In this document: positions 39,601-51,600 of the stretch, in pieces
Layout: the number at the start of each line of letters is the position of its first letter
Position numbering within the stretch: position 1 is the stretch's first letter
Assembly: GCA_039621445.1 (NCBI GenBank)
Contig: CP154954.1
Span: 18,772,642 to 18,836,641 of the forward strand
Reading direction: 5' to 3'
Length of the DNA: 64,000 bases
DNA from: Euglena gracilis
Taxonomy: Eukaryota
The notes under the pieces: generated by a model
The model's input: the letters and a program-made list of their open reading frames with translations, nothing else
Told to the model about the DNA's origin: nothing
Database searches by the model: none
Program-made: the position numbers and the translations under genes

Positions 39601-42600
39601 GCCGAAAATGAGCATGTTACCCCCCCCCAGCCCCCCGTTTTTGCCCCGAAACCCACACATTTTGGGTCATTTCTGGTTTAAAAAACTCGAAAAAAATCGA
39701 AAAAATTCGCCCTAGACTTTGGAAAGGAATGCCAATTCTAGACCTACAATGGGAGGCTCAAGGGTCAAACAACAAAATGGGAATGGTTTCAAAGAGATAC
39801 ACCATGAATCCATGGGGACCAACTCGGGAGGACATTTTGTCAGGTCTGAACGTAGGGGACGTCATTCATCCCTTCTTCTGGCCTGGCGCTGACCCCGGAG
39901 TCCAGCTCTGAGGCTGAAAAATTTGGGCTGGCTGGAAAAAGGCTGCTGACCCCCCCCATAGGGCCCCAGGCTGGAGCTTGGCCCTACCCGGGGTCCAACC
40001 GGGTATCAAAAAATCGAAATCGCAAAAATGTCCAACAAAAACTGCCAACTATGCAAAAATTGATTTTTTGACCCCCAAAATGTCCTGGACAGCTTTTTTC
40101 CGACCCATTTTTGCCCCTTTTTGACCACCCTTTGTTCCCCTAACCACCCTTTTTGAAAACGAGAACTCCGTTACTGTTCAATCCGTTACTGCGCAGCTGC
40201 CTCTGGGAGGCTGGAAAAAAAAACTGTGCAATTGGGGTCCCCCAATTTGAGCCCCCCCCCCCCCTGCAGTTGAACTCCCTTGGCACGGGACGGGACCCCC
40301 CTAGAGAATCGTCAGCAACCCCCAGTCACCTCATGCTTCACCCCTTGTGCAAATCACTTACACCCTGATTTTTTTGGATGATCATTTTTTTTGCTCGTCT
40401 CGGGGGGAATGGCATCTTCTCTGTGCAAAGAAAGAGGGTAAGGCTCAATGTATTTCCATGTTCCACAATTTTTTGATGATCAATGCAAGGAAAGGTTCTC
40501 TTGCAAGGCTCAATGTACTTTTACGTTGGTGGGTTTTGACGATAAGCGTGTTACGCTTTTAAGTCGATAGTGGTTGTGCACCAGGGCGTTGATTTTGAAT
40601 TTGACCCCACCCCCGGGGGTGGGGGGGTCCAGCCAACCAGCCTTTTTCCAGTCCCCCCCATCAACGAGATTTGTGTGGCGTGGTCTGGGTGAAAATGTTT
40701 GCCTCCCCGAATCGGCATCATACGTAACTTCAGGCACTTTTGGGCAATTCTTTGTCAAACTTTTTTTGAAACAAAGCGCCGGAAGGAAAATTTTGACCAC
40801 TTTGAGGGGGGTACTAATTTCTTTCAGGGCGGTCCTTAATGAAAATTTTCCCATCCCGGAACATTCAATGAAAAATTCATAGGAAAAAAAGACGAAAAAT
40901 GGCCAGATTTTGGCAAATATGGGTCGACTTCGGGAATAAAATATGGGTCGACTTCGGGAATAAAAAGTGATATCTGGCATCCACAGACCATCGCCCATCC
41001 GCCCAAAAACGTCAAAAAATGCGTCTTTCGTCTTTTTGATTTTTGACCCCATTCGATCCCAGATCGGCCGTTGGCCGGCCCTTTGGCCTGAGGGCAGTCC
41101 ACAAGGGGCAATCCTTCAGGGAAAAAAAAACGTCCCGTCCCTTATGGACCGCCTTGCCTAATTTCCACCCCCCCCCTGTGTCAGGACCCCCCTTGGCAGG
41201 TGGGACGGGGGATGAGGGTCTGGACCCCACTCCAGTCCTGCTCCCCTTGTACGCCCTATCAACCGCTGTTCCTTTTCTGACCCACACCGAAAACAAACAA
41301 GCAAGAAATATCCCAGTGCTGCGCATGGGAAAGAGGCATTTCCCATCCCACATGGTTTCTTACATTTAGCGTCTCAAATGTTTGCCTACGGCTGGAAAAA
41401 ATACTTGCCCCAACCTGTCAAAATTGTTGTCTAGAGTCCTCAAAAAAAACTTGCTCAATTTTTGCACTGCGCCCCAAAAATATTTGCACTTGTTCCGAAA
41501 AATTTGCACTCTGCCATTTTATGTTTGCAGAATGAAAAAAAGCCTTGCACTGGACAATGGAAAAGGATCCACATCGAGAAATTTCGAAAGGCAAATGTGC
41601 AAAACACCCGATCCAAGCACAAAATTTTTCGGAACGGAGGCAACTATCCTCGGGACAAGGTGCAAACATCTTTGAGATAACAGGAAATGCAAAAATATGC
41701 GGTGTGAAGTGCGAAAAATTCAGGCGTTAAGTGAAAGCCAGACCCCGCCCCACCGCCCCTCAGTTAGTTGCACTAAGGCTTCTTGTCTGTTTATGGCCAG
41801 CACTGACTTCGTAGCTTAATTTGTGTGGTGAGTGGCCAGGGACCGCGCCCCCCTCCCCCTCGGGCCAGCCAGTCAGCATCTTTTTTTTCAGCCCAGCAGG
41901 CATCATTTTTAAGGCGCCTTGAAAACCCTGGAAAAAAATCATTCAGGCAAAATGAGCAAAAATGAGGATGGCCATTGCCATCATCATTGCCTTTGCAAAA
42001 TAGAACCTTGAAATATCCCAAAAGGCCGTTAAAAAAAAAGCAAAAAACCTTTACAAATGGCTTGAAAAAAAAATGTAAACTTTCGCCTTAAAAAAGCCTG
42101 AAGCCAGGCGGCGCACCCTCCCCCAAGGGGTGGGGATGAGCAGTGATTAAGTTATTGCGATTGCGGCCCAAAGCCAGGCAGGACGGAAGAATTTAGTGAA
42201 AAAAGTATTTTTCAAATGGCCAAAAATGGGCCATTTTCGAGGGCGCTTTGGTGTGTTCACGTCGAATTTTCGGCCAAAAAAATCCAACGCAGCGAGATTT
42301 GAGCTTTGTTGCCAACCCACTGGACCCCCACCCCTGAAAGTGCCAAACGGTAGACTGGGGGGGGGGGGTAGTGGGTTGTCGGCCGACTACCCAATTGGTC
42401 GGCCGACTAGTCGGCCGACTACCCATTCTAATGTACTAACGGGGGTGCCAAACGGTAGACTGGGGGGGGGGGGTAGTGGGTGGTCGGCCGACTAGTCGGC
42501 CGACCACCCAATTGGTCGGCCGACTAGGCCTGGTCGGCAGCTAGTCGGCGAGACAGGGGGGGGGGTAGTGGGTGGTCGGCCGACCAGTCGGCCGACCACC

Positions 42601-45600
42601 CACTCTAATGTAGTTACGGGCCAGTCTCGCCGACTTTTAAGCCCCCCCCCCTGAGAAAAAACTTTTGTCCAAATCACCCCAAAACCAGTCAAAACCCACC
42701 CAAATGGCTCCAGAACCCCCCAATCGGGGGTGAATATGCAAAAAACTGGGGGCAAAATGTCCATTTTGGGCCACTTTTGGCAAAAGAACACCTCTCCCCA
42801 TTGGGTTTTCAATATAAGTCAAAATTTGCACAAAAAGGACTTAGCCCTCCAAGTATATTGCCAACATAGAAGGGATTTTGTTATTTGAGGGGGGGGGTTC
42901 GGGGGGGGGGGGGGCGGAGCCCCCCCCCCCCCCCCCTGTGCCAAAATGAGCCACAAAAACGACTTAACCCCGGAGTATGTTGCCAACATAGAAGGGATTT
43001 TGTTATTTGAGGGGGTGGTGCGGGGGCGGAGCCCCCCCCCCCCGCCAATGCCAAAATGAGCCACAAAACGACTTAGCCCCCGAGTATGATGCCAACACAG
43101 AAGGGATTTTGTTATTTGAGGCTTGGATGGGGGTGGAGGGGGGAGTTTTCAGCCTGTCGTGATGCAGAATGCTTGCATTTCTAAAGGATTTTCATGTAAT
43201 CCCTGTTTCGTCATTGGTTTTTTACCCTCCGGACCCCATCAAGGGCCCACCGACCCCCCACCGACCAAAGATTTCCATCTGAGGGTGTTCCTGTTGGTGT
43301 AAGGCACTTATTTGGACCCATCCGGACCATTTCCGGGTGGTTTGGACCCGCCACAGACCATTTTTATGACCACCGACAAGCCACCGACCAGTTTGCATAC
43401 AATTTTCTTCATAAAAAGTCGGCGAGACTGGCCTGTAACTACATTAGAGTGGGTGGTCGGCCGACTAATCCGCCGACCACCCACTACCCCCCCCCCCCGT
43501 CTCGCCGACTAGCTGCCGACCAGGCCTAGTCGGCCGACCAGTTGGGTGGTTGGCCGACTAGTCGGCCGACCACCCAGGACCCCCCCCCCAGTCTACCGCC
43601 TAGAGCCACTAACGGGTCAAAACCGCCGACTTTTAAGCCCCCCCTGGAAAAAAACTTTTGTCCAAATCACCTCAACGCCAGTCAAAACCCACCCAAATGG
43701 CTCCAGAACCCCCCAGTCGGGGGTGAATATGCAAAAAAATTGCGGGAAAAATGTCCATTTTGGGCCACTTTTGGCAAAAGAACACCTCTCCCCATTGGGT
43801 TTTCAATATAAGTCAAAAATTGCACAAAAAGGACTTAGCCCTCCAAGTATATTGCCAACATAGAAGGGATTTTGTTATTTAAACCGGCGTTTGAGACGCC
43901 GGGTTCAGGACAGAACCGGCGTCCCCCCCCACGGGTTTTATGGACGCCGGTTCTGTCCTAAAACCCGGCGTTAAGAACGCCGGTTTTGTCCAAAACCCGG
44001 CGTCCGGTTTTCACTCCTAAAAATGTCACCAAAAGTGCCCAAAAGTGGCCCTAAGGTGCTGGTATGACTGTTTCAACCATGCAGGACAATGAATTTTGCC
44101 ATTTGGGGACCACTGGGGTGGATATCCAAATTTGGTGGAAATTGGCCCAGATTTGGAAATAGAGTACCGTGCGGCGTGGAAAGGTCCGATGAGCACCGCT
44201 GGTCGTCTGTTGAAAAGAGCTTTCGATCGAGGGGTAACTTGGTACCCTATCGTTGCACGCAGCCCAAGATACGCTCGCGATCGTCGGATCGGCCAGAATC
44301 TGAGTCGAAATTTGTGGTAATTTTCAGTGATTTTTGGTTTAAGATGCTGAATAAACCTTACAGAAACGTTTTTTCTCTTCGAATCGACCACCTGAGGGGT
44401 CCTAGGGGGAGTAATGGCACGAAGCCGGGACCCCTAACCCCCCCCCCCTACCCCCTAACCCCCCCCCCAACCCCTAACCCCCCCCTACCCCCTAACCCCC
44501 CCCCCTACCCCCCAAAGCCCCCCCCCCACCCCCTAACCACCCCCCTACACATATGGCACGAAGTGGGGAATGGGCAGGGGGTAGGGTGGGGTTGGGGGGG
44601 TTAGGGGGTGGGGGGGGGGTTTGGGGGGGGTTGGGGGGTAGGGGGGGGGTTAGGGGGTAGGGGGGGGTTAGGGGGTAGGGGGGGGGTTAGGGGGGGTGAG
44701 GGGGGGTTAGAGGGGGGGGGGATTTTTTGTCCAAAACCATGTTTTTTGGCCTCCTGGACCTGGAAACACCATTTTTGCGCCCCAAAAAAGTTAAAAATCG
44801 AAAAAAAATTTGTCCAAAACAATTCTTTTTTTGCCTAGTGGACCTGGAAAAACTGTTTTTTTTTACCCAAAATGAACGTTTTTTGACCCCCTGGCCCCGC
44901 TCTTTCCTCAAAAAAAATTTCCAAATTTGGGATTGTGTTATTTTGGTTCTGGGGGGGGGTTCGGGGGGGGGCAGAGCCCCCCCCGCCGTGCCGGACAGTT
45001 GCATACGACCCGCTCTTTCATCAAAAAATTCGGTGTTACTCTGCTTCTGGTGGGGTTGGGGGGTAGGGGGGGGTTAGGGGGTAGGGGGGGGGTTAGGGGT
45101 TAGGGGGGGGGTTAGGGGGTAGGGGGGGGGTTAGGGGGGGGTTAGGGGGGGGTTTGGGGGGAGGGGGGGTTAGGGGGGGGGTTAGGGGGGGGGGTTAGGG
45201 GGTAGGGGGGGGGTTAGGGGTCCCGGCTTCGTGCCATTACTCCCCCCCTACCCCCTAACCCCCCCCCCTACCCCCTAACCCCCCCCCCCTACCCCCCAAC
45301 CCCACCAGAAGCAGAGTAACACCGAATTTTTTGATGAAGGAGCGGGTCGTATGCAACTGTCCGGCACGGCGGGGGGGGGGGCTCCGCCCCCCCCCCCCAA
45401 ACCCCCCCCCAGAACCAGAATAACACAATCCCAAATTTGGAAATTTTTTTGAGGAAAGAGCGGGTCGTATGCAACTGTCCGGCACGGCGGGGGGGGGGGG
45501 GCTTCTCCCCCCCCCGAACCCCCCCTCCCAGAACCAAAATAACACAATCCCAAATTTGGAAAATTTTTTTGAGGAAAGAGCGGGGCCAGGGGGTCAAAAA

Positions 45601-48600
45601 ACGTTCATTTTGGGTAAAAAAAAAACAGTTTTTCCAGGTCCAGTAGGCAAAAAAAGAATGGTTTTGGACAAATCTTTTTCGATTTTTAACTTTTTTGGGG
45701 CGCAAAAATGGTGTTTCCAGGTCCAGGAGGCCAAAAAACATGGTTTTGGACAAAAAAATCCCCCCCCCCTCTAACCCCCCCCCACCCCCCCTAACCCCCC
45801 CCCTACCCCCTAACCAGGTTTTGAATAGTGCTGAGCTCTTAATAAGCGCGCACCCACCCCTTCATTGACCCCTCCATACATACCGGCCCACTCCATGGAG
45901 CTCTTTTGCCTGAAATCCATGGGTTTTGTGCCAGAAATGGGGGGGCCGGTGGGTCGCAAAACGCTCATTTTCGGCTCAAAAACAGTTTTTCCGGGTCTGG
46001 GAGGCCTAAAAACATCGTTTCGGGCAAAAAAAATTTTTTCGATTTTTTTCGCCTTTTTTGACCCGGTTTTGACCCAAAGTCAATGGGTCGGCGGCCCAAA
46101 ACGAGGCGCTGGCAGGTCGAAAAACGGTCGTTTTCGGCTCAAAAACAGTTTTTCCGGGTCCGGGAGGCCAAAAAACATCGTTTTGGGCAAAAAAAAAATT
46201 TTCGATTTTTTTCGACTTTTTTGACCCGGTTTTGACCCAAAGTCAATGGGTCGGCGGCAAGGTTGACGGCTTGTTTTTTTTTGAAACAAAAAAAACATGT
46301 TTTTTTTAAAAAAATATGTTTTTTTTAAAAAAAACAAAAAAAACGTCATGGAGGGTTTGGGGGAAAAATTTTTTGCAATGTTTTTTTTGGGAAAAAGTGC
46401 ATTTTTTATCTCTACAACATTCATTTTTTTCGGTTGAAAGCATGATTTTTCGCACCAGAAAACACAGATTTGGAAATACTTTCACACATTTGAAAAAAAA
46501 AAACTTCACAGGGGGTGTTCCCCCCATGACCCCCCTCCCCCAACCCGACCTAAGACCCGTTTCGGCCATTTTTTCTGAAAAACTTGGCCGGTGATGCCTA
46601 ATTTGACAAAATATTCCGGTAGATTTCCTAATTTTCCTATTTTTGGATTCCTATTTTGGAGCATAAAAAGGATTTTTTCCCAAAAATTCGTTTTCGGTGA
46701 TTTCTAATCTGGCCACCGAAAATGTGACCCCCCCTCGTGACCCCCCCCCCTGTGACCCCCCCCCGTGACCCCCCCCCTCGTGACCCGAACCACCCGCGAA
46801 AAATTTTCTTCAAAAAAATGGTCATTTCGCAAGGAAAAAGGTCAATTTTTGCTTTTTCAAAAAAAAACATGTTTTTTTTGTGTTTTTTTAAAAAAAACAT
46901 GTTTTTTTGTTTTTAAAAAAAAAACAAAAAAAACGTCAACCCTGGTCGGCGGCCCAAAACGGGGCGCTGGCGGGTCGAAAAACGCTCGTTTTCGGCTCAA
47001 AAACAGTTTTTCCGGGTCCGGCAGGCCAAAAAACATCGTTTCGGGCAAATTTTTTTTTGATTTTTTTCGACTTTTTTGGCCGAAAACGGCTAAATCGAAC
47101 AGTGGAAAAAGTGTACAAAATGGCCTAAAATGGCCTAAATTGGCCGAAAAACGCCCGTATCTCGGGCTACGCGGGGAGTTGTGGGGAAACCATAATCCCA
47201 GTACATAGAGCGTCCCAGGGGCTTCAATTTAGGTCTCTGGACATTTCCTTTGATTTTGCATCATTTTCGAGAAATTTTGAAAACATTGGTTTTTTGACCC
47301 CCCACCCCCCGAAAACGGCCAAGTCGAACAGTGGGAAAAGTGTACAAAACGGCCATCTGGGCCAAAAACGGCCGTATCTCGGGCTAGGCGGGGAGTTGCG
47401 GGGAAATCAAAATACCAGTAGATGGGGCGTTCCAAGGGCTTCAAATTAGGTCTCCGGACATTTCCTTTGATTTGGCTTCATTTTGGAGATATTTTGAAAT
47501 TTGACATTTTTTGGCCGAAATGGCAGAGTCCAAAGGGGGGGGGGCTTATCCAGGTGGGGCGGGTATCCTACCCAGTTTGGACCCCTTCGCGCGTGAATAA
47601 CTCGGGCCTGGCGGGGAGTTGGGGGTCAACTCCGGGTGATTCGGAAACTAGGAATCCAGTCGCTCGCGACTGAAAAAAAAAAATCCGGGAACGGGGCCGG
47701 GATCATGGTGATAATCCGTCGGTTCTCTGGTGGCCCCGACCCGGGGGCGGGGGGAGGGGGGGGGTCGAGGGGGGGGGTTCGCCGGTGGTATGCTTCGCTC
47801 TTACCCATAAAGGGATAAGAGCGCAGCGCCCCCCCCCTAACCCCCCCCCTACCCCCTAACCCCCCCCCCTACCCCCTAACCCCTCCCCTACCCCCTAACC
47901 CCCCCCCTGACCCCCCCCCTACCCATTCCCCACTTCGTGCCATATGTGCCTAGGGGGCACCACAGTTGTGAAATTAGGATTTCCCAGTGACAGAAAATAA
48001 GAGCTCCAGGCGGCATGGCTGAATTTGGTGGTGACCGCCAGTCGTCTGTTGAAAAGAGCTTTCGATTGAGGGGTGACTTTGTACCTAGACGATTGACACA
48101 GCCAGAAATACCCTCGCGATCGCCGGAATTTGGTGAAATGGAAAGTGGCGTGACATTGCAGATCAGTGGTCCGAGATTGGTCCTGGGAGTGTCCTTTGAC
48201 CGAAGGTTGGGGACGCCGGTTCTGTCCTGAACCCGGCGTCTCTAAAACGCCGCTTTAAACAAGGGGTGGCGGACGCCGGTTCTGTCCAAAACCCGGCGTC
48301 CGGAACGCCGGGTTTTGGACAGAACCGGCGTCCGCCACCCCTTGTTTGTAGTAGAGGGGGGGGGGTGCGGGGGGGGGGGCCCAGAGCCCCCCACCGCCTG
48401 TGCCAAAGTGAGCCACAAAAACGACTTAGCCCCCGAGTATGTTGCCAACATAGAAGGGATTTTGCTATTTGAGGGGGGGGGTGCGGGGGGCAGAGCCCCC
48501 CCCCGCCCAAAATGGAAAAATGTCCATTTTGGGCCACTTTTGGCAAAAGAACACCTCCCCATTGGGTTTTCAATATGAGTCAAAATTTCGCACAAAAAGG

Positions 48601-51600
48601 ACTTAGCCCTCCAAGTATGTTGCCAACATAGAAGGGATTTTTTTATTTGAGGGGGAGGTGCGGGGTGGGGCGGAGCCCCCCCCGCCTATGCCAAAGTGAG
48701 CCACAAAAACGACTTAGCCCCCGAGTATGTTGCCAACACAGAAGAGATTTTGTTATTTGAGGCTCGGATGGGGGTGGAGGGGGGAGTTTTCTGCCTCTCA
48801 TGATGCAGAATGCTTGCATTTCTAAAGGATTTTCATGTAATCCCTGTTTCATTGATTTTTTACCCCTCCGGACCCCCATCAAGGGCCCACCGACCCCCGC
48901 CGACCAAAGATTTCCATCTGAGGGTGTTTATGTTGGTGTAAGGCACTTATTTGGACCCATCCGGATTATTTCCGGGTGATTTGGGCCCGCCACAGACCAT
49001 TTTTATGACCACCGACTAGTTTGCATAGGATTTTGTTCATCGGGGGGGGGGGCTTAAAAGTCGGCGGTTTTGACCCGTTAGTACATTAGAGTGGGCAGTC
49101 GGCTGACTAGTCAGCCGACTGCCCACAACCCCCCCCCCCCACCCCGTCTCGCCGACTAGTTACCGACCCGGCCTAGTCGGCCGACCAATTGGGTAGTCGG
49201 CCGACTACCCACTACCCCCCCCCCCAGTCCACCGCCATGCGCCACCCCTGGAGCCAGCACCCCTCCAGCCAGCACCTTTTTTTCCGACCGGCTTGCAGGA
49301 CCCCAGGGGCAGGGTTTGATATAAGGACAGGTGGGGGGGTGGTCCGGACCCCCCCCCCCCCCTGCGGGCCAGGAGGGGGGTGGGGGGGGGGGGCACCCCC
49401 CCACCTAAACAGTGGCGCGGTCCGGGTGACTGAATTTCGGCCCGGCGCAAAGCGCCGGGCCGAAAATTTTTGGCCCCCCAAAACGACCACAAGTGCCATT
49501 TTGGGCACTTTTTGGGCAAAAATTTACCAAAAATGCAAAAAATTTTCGGCGCAAAGCGCTGGAGGAAAAAATTGACCCTTTTTTGGGGGGGGGGTCCCGG
49601 GTGCCCTCCCAGGGTCGGTCCGGACCCCCTGGCAGGTTTGGTTTGGTTTGGTAGTGCCCCGCATTGCTGCGCAGTGCCTCCAGCCGTGGGCGTACACAAG
49701 CACCACGCAGGAGGGCACCCCCGGAGCCCGGGCATGAAGCAGGGGAAGGAAGCCCTGCAGGAGAGGGAGGTGATTGGGGGTCGTCACGGGCTGCAGGACG
49801 GGCGGGGGGAAACCATCGAGGCCCAATCGGAGGGGGGTTGGGGATCACAGTACGCTGTAGGGGTACTCACTCATCGGGGAGGGGGCCTGACAGGGGTTCG
49901 TGGTCCCCGGGCCTCCTACCTTTTTTCTCTCTTTGATTTTGGTCTGCCGTGCCCTACTCTCAGAGACCCCGGTTCCTCTCGGCTTTAGGCCAGCTCTGCT
50001 ACATCCTCCGGGTCATCTCAGCTCGTACCACAACAGGCATGCCCCACTCCCCCCTGTGTAAGTGACAGTCAAAAGTCGAGATCATTAAGCCACTATCTGT
50101 AGAACTGCGGGTCCGCTGGGTGGCCACAGTGGGATCTTACAAAGGGGGGGGGAACGGTGCGGGGGCACACGCTAGTGTGCACGGGGGGTCAGCGGCACCG
50201 CCTGGCGGGTTGGTCGCGCTGCGTGGCGAGGGCAGACAGCGGCCCACGCAGCCACACAATGGGGGGGTTGGATAGCATTGCTGTCGAGTTGGTTGGACCG
50301 AGGCACAGAGGACACCACGGGGGGATCATGTGGACGAGGGGCTTTTCAGAGAAATCTGGTAATCTCCCAACCCCCACCTGGAGGCTGTTTACCTGGATAT
50401 GAGTTGTTCTGGGGGGGCTATAGGTTCAGTGGTAGGGCGCTCTAGGGATGAGTTGGGAAGTCCCCTGGCAGGTGGGGGGGGGGTGGTCCAGACCCCCCCC
50501 TGCGGGCCAGGAGGGGGGGGGGGGTGGGGGACACCCCCCCACCTAAACCATGTACGCCCTCCTTATATCAAACCCTGCCCAGGGGTCCTCACATTCCCTG
50601 GTCAAAACAATAATCAACAATGGATCACTAAGAAGCTTAGGGAAATGGTTTCGGCAAAAACCCGAAAAAAAAATACCGAAAAATCACAAATGCAAGTTTT
50701 CAATCTTACCACCCCCAAACGAAACAAAATGACAGGGACGTTTTGGAAGGCAAATGGCAGAACATTCTGACAAAAAAAAGAGCAAAAATTGGGTTTTTTG
50801 GGGCCTGCCGATCACGAAAATCAGGTGTAGGTCAGCACACCATGTGCTGAGAAGCCAAGCCCAGTGGGGGGAGTTGCAAAGTCGAGGGGACTTTGGGGGG
50901 GGTGCCCTTGCATCACCTTCCCAATTTCTGATTTCTGCTGTAATCTATTCACGGCTATCATGGAAAGATGCACGGGATGAGAAAAAAGTTTGGTGAATGG
51001 GAAATTTGAGGGGGGGGAAAATGATGGGACATGGGGCAAAAAATTCGGATGGGAGGGGGGAACATGGGTGATTTTGGATGACGAGCAACCGGTTTTGACA
51101 ACGTGGGCAGAAATTTTGGGACGGTTGGGGGACAAAATAATGTGAGTGTCTGTCAATGAAAGGAAATTCAATATGAAAGGAAGGGAAACGTTTAACGAAT
51201 GCTGAGGAACTTGGAGACTTGGGATCCAAAGGAGGGTTGAAACAAAAATCATTTTTGACCGGGGGGTTCCACCCAGGGCTTCGATGGTCCAAACATACCA
51301 TGCCCCCCCTGATAGTGTCCCCCCCCCCCCGATAGTGTCCCATACCCCTGCCTTGGGACCCGGCCGGCCGGTCCTAAAGAAATTTTATTGACCCCCCCGA
51401 TAGTGCCCCCCCCCCCCGATAGTGTCCCATGCCCGCCCCTTGGTTGGGCCGGGTATGGGACACTGTCGGGGGGGGGGGGCATGGTAAACCTATTTCCTGG
51501 GCCAAATTTGTCATGAATTTCTACTGGCGTGAACAGAACTCAGGTGGAATCATTTCCAAGATCATCCAATCACCTCCGTTTGATCCCACAACTCTCTGCC

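Noticed and set aside
44430-45815. True telomere or chromosome fusion
   Set aside because: Arrays are degenerate and lie inside a TSD-flanked element within an intron
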